Positions 41,611 to 54,830 are shown, counted from the stretch's first letter. The stretch is DNA of 64,000 nucleotides from Eledone cirrhosa (GCA_964016885.1 OZ024741.1:32178001-32242000), one strand, 5' to 3'. Program-made: numbers and translations. The notes: generated by a model from the sequence alone, not told the origin.

Positions 41611-43603
41611 TTTGTGTATCTATACTTGAATGTATATATGTTTGTGTATCTATACTTGAATGTATATATATGTTTGTGTATCTATACTTGAATGTATATA
41701 TGTTTGTGTATCTATACTTGAATGTATATATATGTTTGTGTATCTATACGTGAATGTATATATGTTTGTGTATCTATACTTGAATGTATATATATGTTTG
41801 TGTATCTATACTTGAATGTATATATGTTTGTGTATCTATACTTGAATGTATATATGTTTGTGTATCTATATTAGAATGTATATATATGTTTGTGTATCTA
41901 TACGTGAATGTATATATGTTTGTGTATCTATACTTGAATGTATATATATGTTTGTGTATCTATACTTGAATGTATACATGTTTGTATATCTATACTTGAA
42001 TGTATATATGTTTGTGTATCTATACGTGAATGTATATATGTTTGTGTATCTATACTTGAATGTATATATATGTTTGTGTATCTATACTTGAATGTATATA
42101 TGTTTGTGTATCTATACTTGAATGTATATATGTTTGTGTATCTATACGTGAATGTATATATGTTTGTGTATCTATACGTGAATGTATATATGTTTGTGTA
42201 TCTATACTTGAATGTATATATGTTTGTGTATCTATACTTGAATGTATATATGTTTGTGTATCTATACTTGAATGTATATATATGTTTGTGTATCTATACT
42301 TGAATGTATATATATGTTTGTGTATCTATACTTGAATGTATATATATGTTTGTGTATCTATACGTGAATGTATATATGTTTGTGTATCTATACTTGAATG
42401 TATATATGTTTGTGTATCTATACTTGAATGTATATATATGTTTGTGTATCTATACTTGAATGTATATATGTTTGTGTATCTATACTTGAATGTATATATG
42501 TTTGTGTATCTATACTTGAATGTATATATATGTTTGTGTATCTATACTTGAATGTATATATGTTTGTGTATCTATACTTGAATGTATTTATGTTTGTGTA
42601 TCTATACGTGAATGTATATATGTTTGTGTATCTATACTTGAATGTATACATGTTTGTGTATCTATACTTGAATGTATATATATGTTTGTGTATCTATACT
42701 TGAATGTATATATGTTTGTTTATCTATACTTGAATGTATATATGTTTGTGTATCTATACTTGAATGTATATATGTTTGTGTATCTATACTTGAATGTATA
42801 TATGTTTGTGTATTTATAATTGAATGTATATATATGTTTGTGTATCTATACTTGACTGTATATATGTTTGTGTATCTATACTTGAATGCATATATGTTTG
42901 TGTATCTATACTTGAATGTATATATGTTTGTTTATCTATACTTGAATGTATATATGTTTGTGTATCTATACTTGAATGTATATATGTTTGTGTATCTATA
43001 CTTGAATGTATGTATGTTTGTGTATTTATAATTGAATGTATATATATGTTTGTGTATCTATACTTGAATGTATATATGTTTGTGTATTTATAATTGAATG
43101 TATATATATGTTTGTGTATCTATACTTGAATGTATATATGTTTGTGTATCTATACTTGAATGTATATATGTTTGTGTATCTATACTTGAATGTATATATG
43201 TTTGTGTATTTATAATTGAATGTATATATATGTTTGTGTATCTATACTTGAATGTATATATGTTTGTTTATCTATACTTGAATGTATATATGTTTGTGTA
43301 TCTATACTTGAATGTATATATGTTTGTGTATCTATACTTGAATGTATATATGTTTGTGTATTTATAATTGAATGTATATATATGTTTGTGTATCTATACT
43401 TGAATGTATATATGTTTGTGTATCTATACTTGAATGTATATATGTTTGTGTATCTATACTTGCATGTATATATGTTTGTGTATCTATACTTGAATGTATA
43501 TATGTTTGTGTATCTATACTTGAATGTATATATATGTTTGTGTATCTATACTTGAATGTATATATGTTTGTGTATCTATACTTGAATGTATATATGTTTG
43601 TGT
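41611..43603. repeat. 30/32-bp minisatellite (~65 units)
   Basis: Unit tatatgtttgtgtatctatacttgaatgta with +TA variants. Confidence 0.97.
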
Positions 43604-44156
43604 GCAAACTTCTGTTTTTCCCTTGTATTTTTATTTCTACATAAAATGGACACATTTTCGATATGAATACAGAAATATGAACAATGAGTTTTAATAAATG
43701 TAACAAGTAGTACTTCAATAACATGAAGTTAAAAAATAGTTATAGACCTATATTAATAAAAAAAAGAACACAATATTTATGTATAAACTTGAAACAATAT
43801 TATTTCACCATGTACATAGGTATACTCTGTAAATTATATCTTAAATCATTAGCACGAGTACATATTTAGAGAGCCGGTGATTAGCACAGAAACAAGAAGC
43901 TTTCATTGCAATATTCACAAGTCAGCATCTACATGGTCACCTGCTGTGTTAGAAATAACAGTCAAATTTCCCACAATAATATATGCCTGATACCAAAAGT
44001 CATATCTTTGGTATTTAAGTTTGCTCGGTCACAGCATTACAAAGAAAAATCATACTTGAATTTAACACACACATAGTGAAACATACACACATACACTCAC
44101 ACGCACACACAGACAGAGGTACACATATAGTTACACATACACATACATACGCATAA

Positions 44157-46900
44157 ACACATAGGCATAGCCACACACATAATACCATCTACTAGGTAAT
44201 TATGAATGTCTGTCTGAATGTGTGTGTATGTGTATGTATATTTATGTGTGTATATGTGCGTATGTGTACACGCTGCTTTTTGATATCAGTGTCTGTGTAT
44301 GTCTGTATATTTCGTGTTATATGTGCACACATATATATATATGTCTATATCTCTACCTGTGTATATACAGTTATTAAGTGCTAAACGCCTGGAAACGTTT
44401 AGATAATTTCACAGCTTTTTAATGGAGATTAGCTTTAGTATTTTATTTAGCAGTGCTTTGTTCTATTTCTGTAGAGTTCAGCTTCTCAGGACATGTGCTG
44501 AGGTAGTTAGTAATATAACTAAATACCCCATGATTACAGGTACCCAACACATCTAAACGTATTGTCCGTGTGGACTATTTACAAGTTCTTCTTTAGATCG
44601 GCATCAGTAGTCTGCTTTTCACTAATCTCCCACATTTTATTAATATCTGCTGGTCAGATGTTTTTAGACGTCTATCAGTATACGAAGATAAAACTTCGTC
44701 ACCACTTATTAGGTTAAGGAGAGGTTATAAAGAAGGGCGGTCAAATTTTCCCCTACTGTTCATGCTTTCTTTTCTCTGTCGTATGTCCTCCAACAATTTT
44801 CTATATTTAGTAAAAACAAAATAGACTAAGAATGACAAATTTGACCGCCCTTCTTTATAGCCTCTCCTTAACCTAATTAGTGGTGGCGAAGTTTTATCTT
44901 CGTACACTGATAGAAGTCTAAAAACATCTGAATGATAAAATGACACATAGGCACAACCACACAGATAATACCATCTACTAGGTAGTTGTGAATGTCTGTC
45001 TGAAGTTATGTTACAACCCAATAGTCATGTCGTTGAAAGAGATGTTGCGTGACTGGTTTTTGGGTGTATCAATCTTGTATCTGCTAATAACAGCCAGCTT
45101 GGTATATCGCCATTGAGAATATGCTGACAGAGGTTAATAAGATACTTCCCCAATATCTTGAACCAGATATTGTTTGACGTTAGTGTATTGTAGGATGATA
45201 GTTTCATTGGATTTCTTTTAACAACAATATATCTTGGTTAAACATATTTTACTCACTATATTTTTCTGTAGTAGGAATCTGAGTCTTTCTGGGATGGAAC
45301 CCCAGTAACAGCTATTGACTTATCTTTCATATCTCTATGAAGTGATGATTGGTTTCGAATAAATATCATAACCCTTTTCTCATACGGCTACACTCTTCTG
45401 ATCCCTGAGATTCTCACCAACAGCTCTTAAATCTTATTTGAGGTTTCATCCATTTCTATTCTAGAGTTACTTTTTACTATCTTCAAGCATTGTTTCGATT
45501 TTATTATTCACTCGTTGTTGCGAAGGTTTGTAGTTTTGATTTTGTTTACATGTGAGGATCATCGTTATACAACCGTTAGATTTTCGTTGATCAACGATCT
45601 ATCGTTTTCCATTTTAGAAATACATCATGGCAGTTTCTGTATTATTCTGTTGGTGCACATCACTGGCTTCACCAAGATAATTTGTTTTACAATAGTTAGA
45701 TGTATCAATCCTGTCTCTGTCAATGACACCAAGCTTGGTATATCTCCACTGCGAACTTGCTGACAGAATTTGATAAGATACATCCGATAGAAAGTCAATG
45801 GTTCTTCTTGGTTCTTCCTTATTCTGAGGATTTCCTATGACAGTCGCACGATTATGATCATTGATATTGTTCGACGTTAGTTGCAGGGATGAAAGTTTCA
45901 TTGGATTTCTAAGGGATATAGAGGAACCTTAATTTGCCAAACACTAAGGGCTTTAATATGTCATAAATATTTACCCCATTCTTTTAATGGAGAGTGTAAA
46001 GTCTCTTTATTCATTCATTTGTTTAATATCCTCAAGTAATGTCTTTTTTTAAGGAGAGTTTTAAGCATAAACTAACCTGCTTTGAAACGTGCTATCAAGG
46101 ATACGTTCGGTTTGTTCTCTTCTCCCTTCAATTAGTACACTCATTATCGTTGACGGCCTTTTACTGTTGAATGTCACCGTGGCTACGAGGTAATATAGGC
46201 GTAGGAGGAAAGTCCGGTGTGACACGTGGTGTCGAATGTATTGTCAGCAGCTCTCTTTTGAGATAATCATCATGTATTGTTGTTGATGTTGATGGTCAGC
46301 CTTACTACGTGGTAGTGTAGTAGAAGTAAGACAATCTGTTGTCATAGATGTTGATTGTTTCCGATCTTGTAAAATGTTCGTGAAGTTTTGTTATATCTGG
46401 AGTTTTCAAATGAGACGGCATTAATCACTTTTTTGAATAATGTTATTCTTACGTACAACAAACGTTACTTGTTTGGTGTAAATAACTTACTGTGAACATA
46501 TTTAGACCTGGGAATGAAGTTCTTCCCAGTGTAACATTATTTTATTCATTTAGCCAACAAAGAAGTCTTTTCTTGCCAATTTGTAGCAATTAAATAGATC
46601 ATTATTGAGTTCGCGACACCAAGAAAAATGTGATTTATGGCTTCAGTTTCTTCTGTATCTGAAACGATTCTTCACCAGTGTTGTTGATGTAGTGTGTAAC
46701 AAATCCTTGGAAAATGATTCCAAATTTCTCATATATATTTCTACGATTTTTAATAAAAAAAATGACTTCAATGAATGTGATGTGAAGAACACTCAGTTCC
46801 TTAACAAGAATGATAGCGTTGGCCTTACAGTTCGAGCAAGTATTCATCTTAATTTTAATTAATAGTTTCCCAAGCTATACGTTTCACTGCACGCGTCAAG
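44157..46900 (-). mobile_element. Rearranged or internally deleted R4/Dong-like LINE relative
   Basis: 46380-46900 resembles 58520-59020 (WCRELNNDLFNCYKLA..HWEELH and the 5' UTR); WFK..NGDIPSWL..TRLI at 45025-45207; RLE end near 44390-44650; segment 44157-44218 is repeated at 44942-45003. Confidence 0.6.
44654..44931. mobile_element. MITE-like fold-back element with ~93-bp inverted repeats
   Basis: tcagatgtttttagac..gggcggtcaaattt / aaatttgaccgccc..tctaaaaacatctga; no TSD seen. Confidence 0.6.
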
Positions 46901-47238
46901 TTTCTACGTAAATGTGTTTATATACGTGTGTATGTATGTGTGAATGTATGTATGCATTTATTATGTTTGTATATATGTATGTATATATGAATGTGTGTGT
47001 GCACTGCACGCATGTATTATGTATGTGCCAAGCCTTTACTCACATAAAAAAAGATTAAAGCACAGGCCTTGCTCAATATCTGACATCATAAGTACCAAGC
47101 AATAGAATGACTCGAAATCGAGTTGCAGCCATCGTATATATATATATATATGTATATATTTATGTATGTATGTATATATTTATGTATATATTTATGTGTG
47201 TATATATTTATGTATGTAGTTATGTATGTATATATTTA

Positions 47239-47798
47239 TGTCTCATGGTCGGGTCGTTGGCGACTAAACTGGCAACCCCACCAAGGTTCCTTGGTGAGTA
47301 TGGTGACTTTGGACATCCTGCAGGACTAAAAACAAAACCTGTCAAAGGGCAAAGGAGCTCTTAAGAGTCAATGGTCATCCAAAATTATCAGGGGAGATGA
47401 CTCCTTAGCCTTTGTCAAGGCAGAATTCTAGGAGAAGGAAAAATTTGGTATAACACCTGCAACCCTCGTGGTATCCAATGATGTTGACTTGTTTTTCTTT
47501 TTGGTAAATATCATCTTGGTTAAGAATGTGGGACTGGCTTTGTGCAGTGCCTTTGCCTACTATAAAAGCTTCACGGCACAGGCATTGCTTTATATCTGGA
47601 GATCTCTCTGCACTTGTCGTCACATGGTACCATGGGTCAAACACTATGTGTCAATAATTGTCACAAGTGTATTGTTTGTACCAGAGTTTTCAAGTCGCTG
47701 GCTGGACTAAAAAGTGGCACTCGTTCAGCGCATCGGTAGGGGTTCTCCTACATGGATATAAAGTAGTGGCCGTACTCGAAAACGAGTTGGCAGCTACC
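47239..47798 (+). mobile_element. Bipartite non-autonomous RTE derivative
   Basis: Closely similar to 53916-54510; RTE-like 5' UTR motif ctaggagaaggaaaa, C2H2 finger remnant and 3' stem-loop ctcgaaaacgag. Confidence 0.8.
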
Positions 47799-47934
47799 AT
47801 ATATTTATGTATGTATATATTTATGTATATATTTATGTATATATTTATGTATGTATATATTTATATATGTATTTATGTCAGGTCACTCTTTACAAAAACT
47901 TTCCTTTTTTTTTATTGGACTTTCAAATGGGATC

Positions 47935-48335
47935 GTTGACGGCTTTAACTGTTGAAGGTGTAGGAGGTGAAGCTCACCGTTACTACGAGGTAATATAGGA
48001 GTAGTAGGTGAAGGTCACCGTGACTACGAGGTAACATAGGAGTAGTAGGTGAAGGTCACCGTGACTACGAGGTAATATAGAATTAGGAGGTAAAGATCAC
48101 CGTGACTACGAGATAATATAGGAGTAGGAGGTGAAGGTCACCGTGACTACGAAGTAATATAGGAGTAGGAGGAAAGTCCGGTGTGACACGTGGTGTCGAA
48201 TGTATTGTTCAGAAGCTCTCTTTCTAGAGAATGATCATGTATTGTTGTTTGATGCTGATGGTCATCGTTACTACGTGGTAGTGTAGTAGAAGTAAGACAA
48301 TCTGTTGTGATACATGTTGATTGTTTCCGATCTTT
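47935..48335 (-). repeat. Duplicate of 46148-46370 with a 41-bp unit expanded five times
   Basis: Units gaaggtcaccgtgactacgaggtaatataggagtaggaggt at 47969, 48010, 48051, 48092 and 48133. Confidence 0.85.
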
Positions 48336-48530
48336 ATGACAGAGTCAGCGAATCATTGTAACATATCTGCAGGTGTGGTGGCCCGCAGATGGGTGAAAAG
48401 AAAATCCGCTGGGAATGAAGGACCCCGAGCTCTTGTTACAGTATCGTTCTAAAATAGGGAAACTTTGAAATAAAACCTGCGGTTGATGTCAATACTTTCA
48501 TCTGGCTTAGGTTTGTACCAGACGATAATC

Positions 48531-49494
48531 GCTGAGACATAGCTAGTGGTGCTCGTGTAGTACAAGTGTTTGGCTGAGACATAGCTGGTGGTGCTCGTGT
48601 AGTACAAGTGTTTGGATGAAACATAGCTAGGGGTGCTCGTGTAGTACAAGTCTTTGGTTGAGACATAGCTAGTGGTGCTGCGTAGTACAAGTCTTTGGTT
48701 GAGAAATAGCTAGTGGTGCTCGTGTAGTACAAGTGTTTGGCTGAGACATAGCTAGTGGTGCTCGTGTAGTACAAGTGTTTGGCTGAGACATAGCTGGTGG
48801 TGCTCGTGTAGTACAAGTGTTTGGATGAAACATAGCTAGGGGTGCTCGTGTAGTACAAGTCTTTGGTTGAGACATAGCTAGTGGTGCTGCGTAGTACAAG
48901 TCTTTGGTTGAGAAATAGCTAGTGGTGCTCGTGTAGTACAAGTGTTTGGCTGAGACATAGCTAGTTGTGCTCGTGTAGTACAAGTGTTTGGCTGAGACAT
49001 AGCTAGTTGTGCTCGTGTAGTACAAGTGTTTGGCTGATACATAGCTAGTGGTGCTCGTGTAGTACAAGTGTTTGGCTGATACATAGCTAGTGGTGCTCGT
49101 GTAGTACAAGTGTTTGGCTGATACATAGCTAGTGGTGCTCGTGTAGTACAAGTGTTTGGCTGATACATAGCTAGTGGTGCTCGTGTAGTACAAGTCTTTG
49201 GTTGAGACATAGCTGGTGGTGCTCGTGTAGTACAAGTGTTTGGCTGAGACATAGCTAGTTGTGCTCGTGTAGTACAAGTGTTTGGCTGATACATAGCTAG
49301 TGGTGCTCGTGTAGTACAAGTGTTTGGCTGATACATAGCTAGTGGTGCTCGTGTAGTACAAGTCTTTGGTTGAGACATAGCTAGTGGTGCTCGTGTAGTA
49401 CAAGTGTTTGGCTGAGACATAGCTAGTTGTGCTCGTGTAGTACACGTGTTTGGCTGATACATTGCTAGTGGTGCTTGTGTAGTACAAGTGTTTG
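48531..49494. repeat. 42-bp minisatellite (23 units, two of 41 bp)
   Basis: Unit gctgagacatagctagtggtgctcgtgtagtacaagtgtttg. Confidence 0.97.
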
Positions 49495-49530
49495 CTACTA
49501 TAATCCAATGATGTACGTATTTTTTTTTTT

Positions 49531-52500
49531 GTGATCTCATCTATGAGTTTTACAGCTGAAAGTCCTATGGTGATGGAGGAGTGGTGACGTGTGAAGACTT
49601 GAACGGTTGGAGGCATACAGTTGCAAATCTACACATAGGAGGCAAGGGTCCTATTATGAAATCGTTGTTATGTCTCCCTGTTACAGGGGCTAACTCAGGT
49701 GAGCAGCCCTATCAGGGAGAGCACTGCACACCCAAATTCTTGGGAAGGTGGTAGAAGGAGTGTATTGGAATTTGCCTGTCACATCAACGTTGGGTAGTGT
49801 ACTGCGGCTATCGGTGCTTCATTCAAGCAGGAAAAGAAAAAGTGAATTACCAAGCAAAACATTTATGAAAAATCGAATCAAACTAAATATTCTTTGCTGG
49901 AATGTCAGAACCCAAACTCACGAAACCGACTAGATAGATTAACTGCACAGGTAACAAAGGAACTCCAAAGATTGAAAATAGATATTGTAACCGTGCCAGA
50001 AACACGTCTATCAGGGTGTGATCTGCTGATTGAAACAACGTCAGATTTCACACTTTTCTGGGCAGGGAAACCAAGAATAGAACGGTGAGATGGTGGTGTA
50101 TGGGTTTGCAGTGCGAGAAACTCTAGCAAAACATTTAAGGTGCCCCTCTAGAATCAGTGACCGTATAATGAAGTTGCGCATTCCACTTGCATGTGGGCGA
50201 TGTGCAACAATTCTGTCAGTTTGTGCTCCAACTCTCCAGGCTAGTGAAAAAAGTATGATTACATTCTATGAATCCCTTCGTGTTACAATTGCATCTACTC
50301 CAGTCGCCGAAAAAGTGATCATTCTTGGTGATTTCAATGCCAGAGTTGACAGAGACCATGAGGTATGGGATGCATTAGATCATTGCGGTATAGGTAAGAT
50401 GAATGCTAATGTTTTGAAGCTGCTCGAGCTCTGTTCGGAACTGAGCCTAGCAATTTGCAATACATTTTTCCGTCAAAAGAAGAAAGATAAAGTTACCTGG
50501 ATACACCCAAGGTCAACAGATGGACACATGATAGATTTCATAGTAGCCCGGTGATGCGACCTGAATGATGTCTGTAATGTGTGCGTCATGCGTAGTGCAG
50601 AATGCAACACAAACCATAAGATTGTTCGGGGGAAGTTTAAGTTACGTATTCTGAAAAAATCTCGTATGTGTGGGATCAAAACACTGAAGCGTATTGATGT
50701 TGGGAAATTAAAACAGCAAGAGGTACGCGAGGCCTTAAATAAACGTTTGAATAATATTGACTTCGATGGAACTTGAATAAACCTCAGGGATCAATTGTAT
50801 ACAGCAGGAGCAGAAGAACATGGATTCAGGGTGAAAAAACAACATAAAGAGTGGTTTGATGGAAATAATCTGGTTATCAGCCAACTATTAAAGAAAAAAA
50901 CATGCTCTTCATGAAAAGCTTCTGGGAGAGTGCCCTACGAATTTAACTGCTATTAAAAAGACATATAAAGAATATAAGCCACCTGACAACGTGAGCTGAG
51001 AAGGCTTAAAAATAAATGGTGGTTGAAGATCTCTGAAGATATTCAAAGGGCTTATAGGGCAACGGATTAAACACTGTTTTATAGTTTTTGCGTGCAGTAT
51101 ATGGTCCAACAACTTATTCCCACAAGGTCCAAAGACGACACTGCCATCATCGAGGAATCAGAGAAAATCCTTAAGCGTTGGCAAGAATATTACACTGATG
51201 AATTTGATAATCCATCATCAGTTGATCATGATGTGCTAGATGGCATCCCCCAATGTGTTGTAAATTTTAAAATAGATCGATTACCAGATTATAGTAAGGT
51301 TAAAATGGCCATCAACCAGTTAAACACGGGTAGGGCACCTGGATCATATAGAATCCATGTGGGATTGTTAAAGTTCGGTAATAAGAACATAACACAAACA
51401 ATAATCTATCTCACCACAGAGTACTGGGCTGGAGCTCTAATACCACAAGATTGGATAGATGGTATCTTGGTGACCTTGCTTAAATGTAAAGAGGATAAAG
51501 TAATCTGCGATAACTACCGGGCATCACACTGTTGGAGTCTGTGGGCAAAGTTCATGCTATATTATTGTTGCACATGTTGATGGGGGACATTTGTTCTACA
51601 GTAATCCCTGTATCACAAAGTTGCTTTAGATCTGGCAGAGGGGCGATTGATATGATCTTCACTGCAAGGCAGATTCAGGAGAAATGTATTGAGCGGCGGG
51701 TTCCTCTGTATCAGGTGTTGGTTGATCTGACAAAGGCCATTGATACGGTGAACAGAAGTACCCTGTGGAAAATGTTAGGGAAAATAGGGTGCTCACCAAA
51801 GTCTATTGATATGTTCGTCCGACTGCAAGAAATATGAAGGCTCGGCTGTCTGGAATGGAGAATTGTCAAATAAAATCCCATTTGATAATGGCGTGAAGCA
51901 GGCAAATATCTCGGCTCCCACAATGTTTTCAATATGTTTTGCTGTGATGCTGACTCATGCATTCCAGGACTGTGCAAAGGTTGTCCTGTTGCAATTTAGA
52001 ACAACAGGTAGAATCCTTGACCTACGAAGGTTCAATTTCAAGTCCAAGGTGTTCTAAATATTAATTAGAGAACTCCTATATGCAGATGTTGACTTTCTGA
52101 CTCACTCTCAAGATGAGATGCAACAGATAATGGACTGTTTTGCAGCTTCTGGTAATGCCTTTGGCATGAAATTAATCTAAAAAAAAGACTACGGTAATAT
52201 TCACCCCATCACCAGAGGAAGTGTATATTAAGCCAAATATAATGGTGTAAGGTGACTAGGATGGGTGTAGCTGAAACTTTTGTTTACCTAAGTAGTGTAT
52301 TATCAAGGGATGATTTACTGGATGCAGTAATGCATCTGTTCCTTCGGAAGGCCTCTGTAACCTTCAGAAATTGAAAAATTGAAAAGACTGTGTGGGCGGA
52401 TAATGGCATCAATATCAAGACCAAGATTAGTATGTACAAGACCTGATTTCTGAGTGCTCTGTTAAACTATTCGGAAACGTGGACAGTACATCGTAGACAC

Positions 52501-53343
52501 CTTAATTTTCCTGAACACTTTAATCAAAAGTGTTTAAGACAAATTCTAAACATGAAATGGCACCCAAAATACCCGAGACACAAATCCTTATAGATGCTGG
52601 TTGCATGAGTATTGAATCTACCATAGGAGCATTGAATCTACATATCCTCTCAAATGCGTAGGGTAGGCCATGTTGTGCGCATGAATGAGGAAAGACTCTC
52701 AAAACAACAATTTTACAGTAAATTGCACACTGGGAAACGTCCTCAGCACAAACTAAGAAAAACGATATAAGGATTGCATAAAAAACAACCTTAAAGATCT
52801 AGAGTTTGAAGTTCAGAACTGGGAAGTGTTTGCTTTACAGAGGAGTAAATAGAGAGGATATGTGAAGGAAGGCTGCAGAATGTTTGAAAAGAGACGAAAA
52901 ACTTAAATGTCAGCTTCAAAAAGGCCACTGGATTAAACTCAATAAGAACATAGGAAGCTGGATTTGTGAGGTGTGTGGTCGTTTATTGCTCTCTACATCT
53001 GGGTACGTCACTCATTTAAAATCACATAAAGAGCCAACTGTATGCAGCTCTATCCCTCCAATGCAAGATGTGACAACATATGTTATGTGCAAAAAGATCT
53101 ACAAATAAATCTCTGGTCTTAAAAAGCATATGAGGGTACATAAGGATGCCATACCAGAAACTGACTCAATCAATCCAATAGAAGGCACATCTTTTGTCCG
53201 TCACATTTGTTGTAGACCGAGCAAATCTAATGCTGGACTTAAAAGCCACGTAAGGGGCCATGGACGGAAGTTTGGAGTTGGTGATGGTTGATGGGGGTGT
53301 ATAGGGAGACGGCAATCATCTGCAAAGATGAAGCGATCACCAT
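49531..53343 (+). mobile_element. Near full-length decayed RTE LINE (APE, RT, C2H2 fingers, (ATGT)n tail)
   Basis: CWNVRT, PETRL, ILGDFNARV, TWIHPRS..HMIDFI, FRSGRGAIDMIF..IQEKC, VDLTKAIDTVNR, GVKQ, LLYAD; multiple stops. The 5' boundary is approximate. Confidence 0.9.
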
Positions 53344-53544
53344 GTATGTATGTATATATGTATGTACGTACGCAATATTTATGTATATATGGAGGTACGT
53401 AAATATGAATGTACGTAATATTTATATCTGTTTGTATGTAGGCAGGTAGATATCATTATGTTTGTATTTATGCATGTAGGTATTTACATATGTATGCATG
53501 TAGTATCTATCTATATTTGTATGTATGTGAGTTTGTTTAGTGTA

Positions 53545-53827
53545 GCGAAAGACTCCTAGTTTTCAATAAGACGTCTCTCTAGGAGAAGGTCTCTCTGAAA
53601 TAAAACCTGCGACTTCGTTTGCATCCAATGATGTAGACCAGTTCTTCTTTTTGGGCAAATGCATTCGATGTTCAGAGCGTGGGATTGGCTCCATGCAAAT
53701 CCTTTCCTCTCTTAAGAAAGTTTCAAGCACAGCCATCGCTTGACATGTGACATTTGTTGCGATGCATGGTATGGTCATGGTTAAGTATCAAGCGATGGCA
53801 TTACTCGAAATCGAGTTGCAGCCAACA
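53545..53827 (+). mobile_element. Bipartite RTE derivative, different subfamily
   Basis: ctaggagaagg..aaaacctgcg..gatgtagaccagttcttctttt..aagcacagcc, then a short 3' part ending ctcgaaatcgagttgcagcc and (ATGT)n. Confidence 0.7.
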
Positions 53828-53915
53828 TGTATGTATGTATGTATGTATGTATGTATGTATGTATGTATGTATGTATGTATGTATGTATGTATGTATGCAT
53901 GTATGTATGTACGTA

Positions 53916-54510
53916 AGGTCACCAGTTGGTGCTACTGGTAACATGTATCACGGTACAACCTGTCTCATGGTCGGGTCGTTGGCGACTAAACTGGCAACCC
54001 CACCAAGGTTTCTTGGTGAGGAGGGTGACTTTGGACATCCTGCAGGACTAACAACAAAACCTGTCGAAGGGCAAAGGAGCTCTTAAGAGTCAATGGCCAT
54101 CCAAAATCACTGGGAGAGATGACCCTTTAGCCTTTGTCAAGGCAGAATTCTAGGAGAAGGAAAACTCTGATATTACACCTGCAACCCTGATGGTATCCAA
54201 TGATGTTGACTTGTTCTTCTTTTTGGTAAATATCATCTTGGTTAAGAGAGTGGGACTGGCTTTGTGCAGTGCTTTTGCTCACTATAAAAGCTTCACGGCA
54301 CAGGCATTGCTTTATATCTGGAGATCTCTCTGCACTTGTCGTCACATGGTACCACGGGCCCATAATTGTCACAAGTGTAGTGTTTGTACCAGAGTTTTCA
54401 AGTCGCTGGCTGGACTAAAAAGTCACATTCGTTCAGCGCATCGGTAAGGGTATTCCTACATGGATATAAAGTAGTGGCCGTACTCGAAAACGAGTTGGCA
54501 GCCACCATGT
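53916..54510 (+). mobile_element. Bipartite non-autonomous RTE derivative, most complete copy
   Basis: Structured 5' head, RTE 5' UTR motifs, CSVCTRVFKSLAGLKSHIRSAH finger and 3' stem-loop; preceded by (ATGT)n. Confidence 0.85.
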
Positions 54511-54830
54511 AAAGGCCCCCAGGGTGAAAGGCCCCCAGTTGTTGTCACAACACTGTTCTAAGAGAGGTAATCTCTGAAAAAAAAAGCCTGCGGCTTCGGA
54601 AGCATACGATGATGTTGATCTGTTCTCCTTTTCGGTTAGTGTTTGCGATTTTCAGAGGGCGGGATTGGTCGAATGCTAGGCCATTCTCCACTTAAAAAAC
54701 CTTGAAAGCACAGGCATTGCTTATTCAGGGTCTGTTACAGGTTTGTGTGACTGACCGTAAACTAAAACTGCATTAAACTATATAATCTGACAAGCGATTG
54801 CAATTATCTTAACATAATTCGCAGCGATCA
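54511..54830 (+). mobile_element. Bipartite RTE derivative, third subfamily
   Basis: Shares the module up to gcacaggcattgc, then a different 3' segment. Confidence 0.6.

Noticed and set aside
48531-49494. CRISPR-like regular array
   Set aside because: Contiguous near-identical units with no unique spacers, no cas genes and a eukaryotic context.
49608-49700. HDV-like ribozyme at the RTE 5' end (ggaggca/tgtctcc, ccctg/caggg, gctaa)
   Set aside because: P2, P3 and P1.1 could not be assigned in this decayed copy; a family consensus is needed.
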